A stretch of 64,000 nt of DNA from IMG/VR virus record IMGVR_UViG_3300043540_000091, positions 32,001 through 96,000 of that record. One strand, written 5' to 3'. The DNA comes from a virus. Position numbers and translations under genes: made by a program. A model generated the notes under the pieces. The model had not been told where the DNA came from. It was given only the letters and a program-made list of their open reading frames with translations, and did no database searches. Within the stretch, counting starts at the first letter, position 1. Each line of letters starts with the position of its first letter. Of the stretch, positions 8,340 to 17,357 are shown in pieces.

Positions 8340-10640
8340 TCATGCAGGCTCTTCCGAATGGACCTTTACCGGATGGAACATGGCAACCACGTTCGGCAGC
8401 GGCGAGCTGGAGTTGGTGTAGCCGTGGTATCCGGCGTCACGTATCCTGCCAAGGATCATGTCAGAGTTCCACGCGCCGCCGTTGTCAGAGATCGCGGACT
8501 TCACATGGCTATCTGGATCTTTGGCGAGGTCATAGATCTTGGTCGTGTGAGGCAAGGACACCTTGTACTTCGCCGAAGAGCGGCTGCGCACGATGTCTTC
8601 CGGTTGAGATCCGGCACGATAGAAGTAGGAGCGAGCAACTTCCGGCAGGCCGCGCTTGTATTCCTGTGATGGTGCGCCGGTACCCATGTGACCAGGAGAG
8701 ATCTCGCTCAGTCCCTTGATCGCGCTGTAGTGTTCAAGCTGGATCGGAGCATTCTTTGCCATCGGATGAGGGAAGTTGAGTCGGAACTTGAAGGATGACC
8801 CGTCAGGCATGCGTACTTCAGTGTGATCTCCGGATGGATCTGTCACCTCAGAGTGACCAGCGCCGATGCCCATCGGTTTGTGAGACGGATGCGTTGCGAT
8901 CTCTTCGTGTTGCCCATGCTCTCCGTGGATGACCGCGAGCTGCCCATACTTCTTACCGAGCTGTATCGCATGCTCTCGCGACATTCCTGGAACGACGTAG
9001 CTAGGCTCGGTAGAGCCTCCCCATCGACCGACAGCATGAAGAGGTGAGTACCCAAGGCTCGCAACGTCAGACAAGAACGACTTGTGCGCTGCGGCGTTGT
9101 CAGCCTCTCCTGCTCCAGATCTGTGAGGAGTCAGGATCGCGAACCGGCCATTGGTAAGAAGCTTGGAGACGTGCTCGGAGTTCTTTGCAAGATCGCTCTT
9201 GGCCATGCGCTTCTTGAGCTTCGATCTGAAATACGCCTGAGCCTTACTGCGAGCTTCTTCATGATGGCCCTGGCCGCGAAGATTGATAGCGGTATGAGGC
9301 GACGGCTTGGTTACCCATCCTTTATCCGGTGAGTACTTCGCGTTTGAAGACTCGCGTTCCTCGAACAGCTTGGCTGTCTCAGGAGTATAGACTTCCTTAC
9401 CTCCGGCGATGTACTTACCGTTTGGCAGCTTGCGAGCTACCTGTACGTCCGGACGATCTGCGGCCATCTCGAATCCAGGCTTCTTGACTACACGTCCCTT
9501 CGCGTGAGCTGGGAGCCCAAGCTGACGACGGATCTGGTTCTCGCGAGCGGTCGATTCGTACTCGTCCTTGACACGCGCCTGTTGCTTGTATCCGTACTTT
9601 ACGTTCTGCGCTCCCCACTCCTTGTCCATCATCTCCTGGAACTGCTTCATGGCTACCTTCTCAGGTGCCATGTCCAAGTGAGCGAGTTCGTGAGCGAGAG
9701 AGTCGGGATTGCCGATATGTTCAAGATATCCAGTAGTTAAGTCGGGCTTGTTGATCATTTTTCCGGAAGAAGATTTCTTGCCCTTTGCCTGCCTTACCTT
9801 AACTCCATACTTCTTCTCGGCGTACTCAGACAATGTCTTCATCTGCTTCGCGCGTTGCTTGGAGTTGGGAGAGGTCTTCCAACTTCCAAACACCTTCTTG
9901 CGCTGCTCACGAACGTTCTTTGACTTCTCGAGGTCGTTTACAGTCGCTTCAGACTTGCCGCCGCCGAAGCCGATCGCAGCAAGGAGTTGCTTACTTTCTT
10001 GAGCTACGTTGTCGAGTCCAGTCTTCTCCGGCAGTCCTCCTGACAAGCTTTGCTGGATGGCCTTGCCCTGTTCAGCCGTGGGGAACTTCGGAGGAGTCGT
10101 GCCGCCTGGTTCGATCTTCTTCGCGGGAAGCTCTCCCTTGATCGTAGTGTATCCTGGCTTCACGTTCGGATTGATGACCTTGCCGCCCTCGCCTATTCCA
10201 AGCAGCTTCTCAGACATGCGGCGACCTTCGTTCTGGTCTCGACGCCAAACGCTCGTTACGAAGCGTGCTGCCTCTTCTCTGGCTGGATGATTGTATGGGA
10301 CGGGCTGGCCGGATAAGAAATGTTGCTTGAGAGAATCTGGGATCTGAACACCGGCGACATGGGTAGTCTCCGGAGTCTTCGGCACGATGGCAGATCCGAC
10401 CTTCTTAGACTTCTGGATGACCTTCCCGAAACCCTTGGGCTTGGGAGGCTCTTTGACGGTGACAGAGCCAAGAGGCTGCTTCGGCGGTTCCTTCATAGTG
10501 ACCGAGCCGAGAGGCTGCTTCGGAGCTGGCTTAACGGTGACAGATCCAACGGGAGGAGTCGCCGTGGGCTTCACGGTAACGGTACCGAACTCTCCGGATC
10601 TAGCTAACTTCTTGCCAAAAATCTTCTTGAAGGCGTTCAT
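8340..10640 (-). CDS. multi-domain (polyvalent) protein: repeats + HEXXH domain + DUF3293-like + ADP-ribosyltransferase-like domain
   Basis: DSLAHELAH; GRFAILTP...N...LGY...GRWG..EPSYVV...AIQLGKKYGQ; C-terminal LEHYS...SYFY...IYDL...IRDAGYHGY. Confidence 0.7.
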   Translation of the reverse strand: MNAFKKIFGKKLARSGEFGTVTVKPTATPPVGSVTVKPAPKQPLGSVTMKEPPKQPLGSVTVKEPPKPKGFGKVIQKSKKVGSAIVPKTPETTHVAGVQIPDSLKQHFLSGQPVPYNHPAREEAARFVTSVWRRDQNEGRRMSEKLLGIGEGGKVINPNVKPGYTTIKGELPAKKIEPGGTTPPKFPTAEQGKAIQQSLSGGLPEKTGLDNVAQESKQLLAAIGFGGGKSEATVNDLEKSKNVREQRKKVFGSWKTSPNSKQRAKQMKTLSEYAEKKYGVKVRQAKGKKSSSGKMINKPDLTTGYLEHIGNPDSLAHELAHLDMAPEKVAMKQFQEMMDKEWGAQNVKYGYKQQARVKDEYESTARENQIRRQLGLPAHAKGRVVKKPGFEMAADRPDVQVARKLPNGKYIAGGKEVYTPETAKLFEERESSNAKYSPDKGWVTKPSPHTAINLRGQGHHEEARSKAQAYFRSKLKKRMAKSDLAKNSEHVSKLLTNGRFAILTPHRSGAGEADNAAAHKSFLSDVASLGYSPLHAVGRWGGSTEPSYVVPGMSREHAIQLGKKYGQLAVIHGEHGQHEEIATHPSHKPMGIGAGHSEVTDPSGDHTEVRMPDGSSFKFRLNFPHPMAKNAPIQLEHYSAIKGLSEISPGHMGTGAPSQEYKRGLPEVARSYFYRAGSQPEDIVRSRSSAKYKVSLPHTTKIYDLAKDPDSHVKSAISDNGGAWNSDMILGRIRDAGYHGYTNSSSPLPNVVAMFHPVKVHSEEPA
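10410..10586 (-). repeat. about four 39-bp (13-aa) tandem repeats G[S/T]VT[V/M]K..PK.P
   Basis: GTVTVKPTATPPV GSVTVKPAPKQPL GSVTMKEPPKQPL GSVTVKEPPKPKG. Confidence 0.8.
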
Positions 10641-10647
10641 GGTCTAA

Positions 10648-10655
10648 AGATTAGG
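10648..10655 (-). promoter_or_regulatory. putative late promoter CCTAATCT, 7 nt before ATG (leaderless)
   Basis: CCTAATCT-ttagacc-ATG, no Shine-Dalgarno sequence. Confidence 0.65.
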
Positions 10656-11837
10656 CTAATACGTCCTGAGTACCTGGATACCAGACGTAAGTTCGAGTGG
10701 ATGTATGATGATGCCTGCGTCCTCGGCGGAGATGGCCGGTCCGAACGATGACAGTTTCTTGAACGTGGGTTCATCGATCTCCACATGTGGCTCGTTTGAG
10801 CTAGACGTAGGTCCTATAGGAGACGTCGCGGCCATGAGGTGAGTCAGCTTCTCTGGCATCCCATGGACCACCAAGACGTGCTTCTTGCGGCCAACGGCTG
10901 CGATCTCTTGAGGAACGAACACGAGCTTTGACGATTGGATCGGAACGGAGGCATCGTGCGCGGACACCAGCTCGTGCAGCTTAGGATGCTGTGCGGCGGC
11001 CATCGGCCCAAAGTTCTTTACCACCATGCGAAATGGCTTGCCGTCATCGCTAGACGTACGTCCATATACCGTGACGGGGTACGACAAGATGAGATCCTTC
11101 TGGACCGGTTCTGCCTTCTTAAGTGACGGATCTTTTATGAAGCTGTTTGCCCAATGCACCGCGTCCTGAGTCATGTCTCGACTGCGGACGATCTTCTTGC
11201 CGGAGATCTTCTGAGCGTGCGCGGCCATGGTCGTCCCGATACCTTTACGACGATGAAGTCTGTTCACCTCGAAGTTGAACGGCATCAGGTCGCCGGACGG
11301 CGTATGGGTTACAGCCAAGAAACCAACCTGCTTCCCGCCACGTATAGCCTTGACGATGAAGTCGTGATTCTTTGGGTTGAACGCGCCTGGATCAACCGCA
11401 AACGATTCGACCTTGATCTTTGTAGCGGACTTCTCAACAGGCTCAGGCTTCTTCATCGTGTGGTTCATCCATTCCACGAGGATGTTACGTTCTTTTGGAA
11501 TGTGAAGGCTGTCGTGCGACGTCGGATCAAGGAACTTGAAGGTGACGAACTCTGAGTCAGGATCTGCGCCAGCATACGGGCTGAAGCCTTCCGGATACTC
11601 ACACGAGAACAGGTGAACGTGGGCGTCTCCATACATGTTCTCGTGCATGTGGTCGAGCTTAACTCCCTTGAGTCCAGTCTCTTCCTCGAGTTCGCGTGAC
11701 GCGGCTTCGCTGTCGATCTCGCCGCTCTTCGCATGTCCACCTGCCAATGCCCACCTATGATTGTCACGACGAAGGCCGTGCAGAAATAGGTTCGGCATCT
11801 CAGGATGTCTGATTGCGATGGCGACGATCTTCTTCAT
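10656..11837 (-). CDS. Nudix hydrolase - GNAT acetyltransferase - degenerate 2H-phosphoesterase-like fusion
   Basis: Nudix box GGHAKSGEIDSEAASRELEEETG; GNAT motif A VNRLHRRKGIGT; C-terminal domain with PHVEI; ATG 11837 coupled by TAATG. Confidence 0.8.
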   Translation of the reverse strand: MKKIVAIAIRHPEMPNLFLHGLRRDNHRWALAGGHAKSGEIDSEAASRELEEETGLKGVKLDHMHENMYGDAHVHLFSCEYPEGFSPYAGADPDSEFVTFKFLDPTSHDSLHIPKERNILVEWMNHTMKKPEPVEKSATKIKVESFAVDPGAFNPKNHDFIVKAIRGGKQVGFLAVTHTPSGDLMPFNFEVNRLHRRKGIGTTMAAHAQKISGKKIVRSRDMTQDAVHWANSFIKDPSLKKAEPVQKDLILSYPVTVYGRTSSDDGKPFRMVVKNFGPMAAAQHPKLHELVSAHDASVPIQSSKLVFVPQEIAAVGRKKHVLVVHGMPEKLTHLMAATSPIGPTSSSNEPHVEIDEPTFKKLSSFGPAISAEDAGIIIHPLELTSGIQVLRTY

Positions 11838-12796
11838 TAAGGGTCTTCCTCCATCTTCCATCCCTGCGACTGAGCGTAGATCTGGTATTCATCTGGAGTG
11901 CGCGGACCGTCAATGATCCTGATGCCGCCCTTGATACCTTGGATCTTGGGAGCTGCGTACTTGATGAAGTTAGCTTCTACCTGGCCCGACAAGCTCATCG
12001 AGCAGCTGTATACACGCTCAGCTCCGTTGAAGTGCGGGTTCTCATCGATAGACCCAAGAGTGAAGGTCGATAGCTCGAATCCTCTACGCTCAAGATACGC
12101 TTCTTTGTAGCGGAGGAAGATGTACTGCGCGATCTGTCTAAGCCATATCGCCTGATTAAGATCAGACTCGGCGTGCAGGCCTATGGCGAACTGCTCTTCG
12201 AGGAAGGTCAGTTCCTTGTTCAGGTTCCACAGCGCGGTGGGCGGTACTACGTACGCATTGGTGAAGTCATCGTCGATGCCAGGTGTTATGAGGAACGCCT
12301 TTGGTCCGAGAACGGCGTTGATCACGTATGCCTTACTCGAACGCTTGGACACAAGATACTGCCCTGGCAACATGTTCGTGGTGTCGATGTTGTCGGGCAG
12401 GGTGAAGAGCCCCTTCTGCTTGTTGTACGCCTTAGGAGTGAACTCTGTATATGTCACCTGGATCTGCTTCGTGATATCGATCGGATCAAAATCTTCCTCT
12501 GATCCGATGTCCGCGAGTGAGTCTCGCTCTGTCATCTCTCTTGAGGAGGTGCGTACCACGGTAATGCAAGGGAAGCGAGGGGTGTCGACGCGGTTGACCA
12601 GGTAGACATCGATGTTGTTGCCAAGGAACCACTCCCTCGCACGTTGGATCTCCTTGTGACCATAGTCTAGTCGAGCGAGAGGATCGTTCGCGAGATCTGC
12701 GAAGATGTCGTCCAAGATCCAGTTGTTCTTGCGCAGGTCGGCAAGCGCTCCCTCGATCATGGTCTTGATAAGGATGTCAGTCGCGAGTATTCCCAT
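11837..12796 (-). CDS. putative tail completion / tail terminator protein
   Basis: Position in neck-tail run; RFPCITV motif typical of tail-terminator-like proteins. Confidence 0.55.
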   Translation of the reverse strand: MGILATDILIKTMIEGALADLRKNNWILDDIFADLANDPLARLDYGHKEIQRAREWFLGNNIDVYLVNRVDTPRFPCITVVRTSSREMTERDSLADIGSEEDFDPIDITKQIQVTYTEFTPKAYNKQKGLFTLPDNIDTTNMLPGQYLVSKRSSKAYVINAVLGPKAFLITPGIDDDFTNAYVVPPTALWNLNKELTFLEEQFAIGLHAESDLNQAIWLRQIAQYIFLRYKEAYLERRGFELSTFTLGSIDENPHFNGAERVYSCSMSLSGQVEANFIKYAAPKIQGIKGGIRIIDGPRTPDEYQIYAQSQGWKMEEDP

Positions 12797-12797
12797 G

Positions 12798-13772
12798 TTA
12801 TTGTCCTAACGTCTCCTCGATATTCTTCACTATCGTCTCCCACTGCGCGTTCGCATGGTCATACGCCTTCTGAAGAAAGTTTGCAGGCTCGACTGCGGGA
12901 TACATCCATCGATTCTCTTGCTTATGCTTCGACGATATAACCCTGAAGACAACCGTCTCCTTCTTAACAGAACCCTTCTTGGTCGCGGCGATCTTAGCAG
13001 CGTCGCGCTTGTTCGTTACGAGCTTGCCCTTGTCATACACGTTCTGAAAGACTGCGGCTCCCTGTAATTTGAATATACCAGAATGAGGGCGAAGGCCAGT
13101 CCTGGCCGCCTCCGTTTCCGTTCGCGGTCTGGAATAGATCACGCCAGGAGCATAGCCAGCGGCGTCATGTGGACGTATGTCCAGCTTCCTGATCAACCCA
13201 AGCTTAGGAGTATTGTCCAGGTTCTTCTCGATCTTTGTCAGATTGATCTTGTTCTGCTTGGTGTAATCTCGCACGATCTGTGACAAGGCAGGGTGAGAAG
13301 CGGTATCCTTCTTGTTGGAGGTCTCTTTGAACGGGATGGCCCTGTACAGAGATCCATCCTTCGCGCGTTTTACTCCACGGGCACCTGGCTTCAATAGCCA
13401 TTCTCCCATGAATGTTTCCTTACGGCCCTCTTCCAGCCAGCGTGCGCGTTCGTCAATCTCAACTACCCACAGTCCATCACCGACCTTGATCCAGCGAAGG
13501 TACTTTGGGACCTGGTCTACGTGAGGATCGTTGGTAGATCTGCTGGACGCGTCCTTGCCGAACTCGCCCGTACCAAGGTAGAAGTTACGCTTGAAGTCAT
13601 CGTCCTTCCATTTCTCCTTGGTTAAGCCGATGATGTATGCGTGGGAGGCTTTAGACAGAAGCTCGACTTGCTGGACGACTACGTCTTCGACAAGCTCGCG
13701 TGCGAGTCTTACCTTCGCAGCGATCTCGTCTACGTTTACCCTGAATCTAAAGAGGCCCTTCATGTCGTTCAT
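12798..13772 (-). CDS. putative neck / tail-completion protein
   Basis: ARWLEEG...YRAIPF...FRVISS...WMYP...FLQKA pattern seen in myovirus neck genes; synteny. Confidence 0.55.
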   Translation of the reverse strand: MNDMKGLFRFRVNVDEIAAKVRLARELVEDVVVQQVELLSKASHAYIIGLTKEKWKDDDFKRNFYLGTGEFGKDASSRSTNDPHVDQVPKYLRWIKVGDGLWVVEIDERARWLEEGRKETFMGEWLLKPGARGVKRAKDGSLYRAIPFKETSNKKDTASHPALSQIVRDYTKQNKINLTKIEKNLDNTPKLGLIRKLDIRPHDAAGYAPGVIYSRPRTETEAARTGLRPHSGIFKLQGAAVFQNVYDKGKLVTNKRDAAKIAATKKGSVKKETVVFRVISSKHKQENRWMYPAVEPANFLQKAYDHANAQWETIVKNIEETLGQ

Positions 13773-14962
13773 TAGGTAGCACCTTGATCACCGGCCTTCG
13801 AGTTGTGCGACTCGACTGATATGGCGTTACCTTTATCGTCTTGCACTTGCCCTGCTGCGACGGAACGCCACTTGGCCTTGCCATCGACGATCACCTTCTT
13901 CTTGCGGTTCTTAACTGTTCCGACAGGATACCGAATCTTGAGAGCCTTGTTCAGCTCTTCGGTCAGCGACGTGACTTCAAACTTCTTGGTGCTGCCTTCC
14001 TTGCGGCTCTTCACCATACCAACAAGCTTGTGGATCAGCGTGACTACCTTCTTGAATGCCTCTGGATTCTTATCGTGAAGCTCCATCAGCTTCGGCATGC
14101 GATCCTGCACGTCGGCCAGGAGCTTGCCAAGCTTCTCATTGTCATCTCCAGAATCATCGTCAGATTCACTGTCCGACTCGTCTGAATCATCGTCGCTCTT
14201 GGACTTGGAGCTGTCTTCCGAGTCTTCGGAATCACTGGACTTCTCCTTTGACTCAGTCTTCGGCTTGTCGCTCTTCTTCTCGCCGGACAGGGCTTCGAGC
14301 AAGCTGTCAGGCCCTTCACCTTGTTGTTGTTGCTCAGCCTGCTGCTGTTGTTGTTGCATCATCTGCTGCATCTCCTGAGCAGGTCCCATCAACTGCGATA
14401 CCGTAGCTTGGATGAGCTGATTCTCTGCCTCGAGAGCTTGCTGCGGATTAAGGCCAGGGACGTACTTGCCGACAGAATCTTTGCTCGAATCTGCCTTGGG
14501 AGACGGTGGATGAGTCTCGTCGAACAGATTCGGCTGGAAGTTGAAGGAATCATCCTCGATCTGGAGACTCTTCTTCATCTCGTCGTATGACTCATCTTTG
14601 GGATCGTACAGCTCGATGTCGTTCGTGTATACAGACTTCTTTGCGGCCAACGCAGCCTCTCTCAGATTGAGGCCCATGCCGACAGCCATGAGCATGCCGA
14701 ACACCTTCTTGTATCCTGCGAGGATCAGCGGGAGTTCTTCTGCTACTGTGACGGGAAGTTCTAGGATCTGACGTTCGTAGGTCGACAGCTTTACCTGTCC
14801 ACCGCGCTCGCCGACGAGCTTGTTGACCTTATCAGCGACAGACTTCAGTTGATAGTCTAGGCCTTGAGCTTCGGACAGATAGCCGCTGTCGACCAGATCT
14901 CTGATCTTGTCGGCTACGCCGTCCGTTATGATCATTACCCAAACTGATGTCTGCGTTGACAT
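13772..14962 (-). CDS. protein with degenerate mCpol/GGDEF-like N-terminal domain, Q- and D/S-rich linker and small basic C-terminal domain
   Basis: IITDGVADKI...GGQVKLSTYERQILEL...MAVGMGLNLREAALA follows the palm-domain (mCpol) pattern without the DGD/GGD acids. Confidence 0.6.
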   Translation of the reverse strand: MSTQTSVWVMIITDGVADKIRDLVDSGYLSEAQGLDYQLKSVADKVNKLVGERGGQVKLSTYERQILELPVTVAEELPLILAGYKKVFGMLMAVGMGLNLREAALAAKKSVYTNDIELYDPKDESYDEMKKSLQIEDDSFNFQPNLFDETHPPSPKADSSKDSVGKYVPGLNPQQALEAENQLIQATVSQLMGPAQEMQQMMQQQQQQAEQQQQGEGPDSLLEALSGEKKSDKPKTESKEKSSDSEDSEDSSKSKSDDDSDESDSESDDDSGDDNEKLGKLLADVQDRMPKLMELHDKNPEAFKKVVTLIHKLVGMVKSRKEGSTKKFEVTSLTEELNKALKIRYPVGTVKNRKKKVIVDGKAKWRSVAAGQVQDDKGNAISVESHNSKAGDQGAT

Positions 14963-14976
14963 CGGATCTCCTCATC

Positions 14977-16923
14977 TTAGATACCGTGGTTCTTCTTGAT
15001 CAGCAGCCTTGCTTTAAGAGTCAAGAGGAACATCTTCACTGCTTCTGGATCGGCATCCTTGTCAAACTCAAGTCCGTACGTTCCATCGCTCTTTCGGATG
15101 GCATGAACGAACTTGGCCGGATGCCCTTCCTCGTCCTTCTTCAGAACTCTGAAACATGCGCACGGAGTAAACTCAGGGTTACCGTCTTCGCCCTTCACGA
15201 ACTCGGGCTTGCCACATTCCGGACAGGTAGACTTGAAGAGCATCTCTTCTGTGGCGATCTCGGTCTTGCCGAGCTTGCTACGGAAGTAGTCGCTCTTGGT
15301 CATATTCGGCTTCATGGTCGGGTTCTTCGGCTTCATAGCGCCTGGAGTCTGAGGAGGTTTGTACCCGCCGGTACCAGACATCTGAGCTTGCTTGGCTGCA
15401 GAGGCCTGCGGATTATTGCCAGCCGGTACCGGAGGTTTGGGAGGCTGCGGAGCGTGAGGAGCCTTCGGCTGACCTGCGCCTTTCGGCATCTCCGCCTTGC
15501 CCATCTCTTCCTTCTTGACGTGCTCGGGAAGATCTCTACCTTTAGACTCCTGATCCCAGTGATGAACAGCTTCCTTGCCGCCGAGAGCCTTGGTCCCAGC
15601 ATCGGTGTGAGCCCAGCGACGCTGAGCATCTGAAGCGTATGGCTTGGACAGAAGTTCTGACTTCGGAAGGTTTGGCTTAGGCATCTTCTTATACTGAAGA
15701 AGATCTCTCTGGCGTCCCCAGAATGCAAGAGGAGATTGTCTGCTGTCGCCTCTGGCCTTCGGATGAAGATGTTCGTTTGTTCCAGACGGCTTGACAGCTG
15801 CGTCAGCTCGCTCTTGTCGAATCTTACGCTTCTCTCTGTCGGATGGACCAGACTCGAGCTTGGCCTTCTCCATCTCTTCCTTCTTGATACCATCAGAAGA
15901 CATGCGCTGCTCTATGCCGGTCTGTTGTTCCTTCTGTGTGGCAGCCATGCGCGGAGACGCGATGTTGCGAGATGCCTGCTGGTTTGCTGCCTTGTTGCCA
16001 TCAGTCGCAGTGGACATGGCTTGCTTAGCCATCTTACCTTCAGCGGCATCTTCGCCTTCCTTGACCTTCTTAGGTTCTGGGCCTTCCTGAGCAAGCTTCT
16101 GAGTAGGTTCTGCTTTATGGTCACGGACCTCGAGGATGGACTGTTGCTTCTCTTTGATTGCAGGATTCGCGGCGATTGCCTTGATGTCAGCCTTGTTCTT
16201 CTCTTCTGGAGTCTGAGCGTTCTCACGCTTCTGCGGATCGCCCTCGACTTCCTTCTCAGATACCTTATCCAACTCGTCCTCCAGCTTCCTGCCAAACATA
16301 TGGCGAGCGGTCAACGAGTCGACTAGCTTGCCTATTACTGCTGTAAGTTCGCGCACGTTTGCGTGCGACATCTCCCACTTGATCTGTTCAGGATCGCTCG
16401 CAGGCTTAACGTTGGCAAGCTCTATCATTTGGTGTAACGCGGAGAACTCAGGCTTCTTACCTTCCTCAGAGTGCTTCTCCTCAGAGATTTCCAAGGCCTT
16501 TTCGTGATCATAGACCTTTGCTACTTCAGGCTTATTAGCTTCACCGAACTCATCATACAACTCGCCGACCGTCATGAGGTGGGCAGACGCTGCGGGAAGG
16601 GACTGCTTCTCGAACGAATGAATAACTCGACCGCCCGACACAAACTCGGCGCGGTACTGGTCGATGTCCTGCTTCTCAAAGTGGATGGCGATGTCGTCGC
16701 GACCAGGGAACTTGACGTCCTTGATCTCACCTGGTTTCATGGGCTTGATCGTTTGGATAAGCCACGACAGGATGGTACGCGGGACGACGATGAGAGGAAG
16801 GTAGTATTCCAAAGGATCTACGACAGCCTGAGTCCGTTGCTTATAGATGGCCTTCTCGAGAGTCTCGTACCCTCGATCACCAAGCATGGCTTTAAGCAAC
16901 TTCTGGCTGTCGTTCATGAACAA
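14977..16923 (-). CDS. putative head/internal protein with many K[S/A] motifs and C-terminal Zn finger
   Basis: 648 aa; PKPNLPKSE; PYASDAQRRWAH module; CPECG...CACF. Confidence 0.7.
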   Translation of the reverse strand: MFMNDSQKLLKAMLGDRGYETLEKAIYKQRTQAVVDPLEYYLPLIVVPRTILSWLIQTIKPMKPGEIKDVKFPGRDDIAIHFEKQDIDQYRAEFVSGGRVIHSFEKQSLPAASAHLMTVGELYDEFGEANKPEVAKVYDHEKALEISEEKHSEEGKKPEFSALHQMIELANVKPASDPEQIKWEMSHANVRELTAVIGKLVDSLTARHMFGRKLEDELDKVSEKEVEGDPQKRENAQTPEEKNKADIKAIAANPAIKEKQQSILEVRDHKAEPTQKLAQEGPEPKKVKEGEDAAEGKMAKQAMSTATDGNKAANQQASRNIASPRMAATQKEQQTGIEQRMSSDGIKKEEMEKAKLESGPSDREKRKIRQERADAAVKPSGTNEHLHPKARGDSRQSPLAFWGRQRDLLQYKKMPKPNLPKSELLSKPYASDAQRRWAHTDAGTKALGGKEAVHHWDQESKGRDLPEHVKKEEMGKAEMPKGAGQPKAPHAPQPPKPPVPAGNNPQASAAKQAQMSGTGGYKPPQTPGAMKPKNPTMKPNMTKSDYFRSKLGKTEIATEEMLFKSTCPECGKPEFVKGEDGNPEFTPCACFRVLKKDEEGHPAKFVHAIRKSDGTYGLEFDKDADPEAVKMFLLTLKARLLIKKNHGI

Positions 16924-16926
16924 TCC

Positions 16927-17325
16927 TTAAGTGTTTGAGCCGCTGTTCGGATTGTACTCAAGCTCATCGGAGATCTCATATCCGAAGCAGGTCGCTGCGG
17001 ATGCTATGATGAACAAGTCTGAACCCATGGCTATGATGGTGTAAGCGTTCGGAGTCAGAGCGATACCATCAGCGCCGCCGGTGGGAGCAGTCACTGACGA
17101 GTTAGGTCCAGTCTTTGCCCAAGCCACAGATGACGAGTTGTTGTAAACCGCTATCAACCTGCCCATCTTGGAGGCTGCTTTGGCAGCATTCAATGCTCCC
17201 ATGATCGAGACTTTTCCAAGGATAGGGCCTAAGGTCTTAAGTGCTCCAGATTCCTGGTTAAAAGAGTAGTCAGTGGCCGTTGAGCCAACTCTATCCTGAC
17301 TAGCTTTTGATCGCTTCATGTTCAT
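16927..17325 (-). CDS. putative virion protein
   Basis: 132 aa, AGGAG RBS, preceded by CCTAATCT. Confidence 0.7.
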   Translation of the reverse strand: MNMKRSKASQDRVGSTATDYSFNQESGALKTLGPILGKVSIMGALNAAKAASKMGRLIAVYNNSSSVAWAKTGPNSSVTAPTGGADGIALTPNAYTIIAMGSDLFIIASAATCFGYEISDELEYNPNSGSNT

Positions 17326-17348
17326 GGGAATCTCCTATATACGCTGAA

Positions 17349-17356
17349 AGATTAGG
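17349..17356 (-). promoter_or_regulatory. putative late promoter CCTAATCT
   Basis: Exact 8-mer in the intergenic gap upstream of 17325. Confidence 0.65.
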
Positions 17357-17357
17357 T

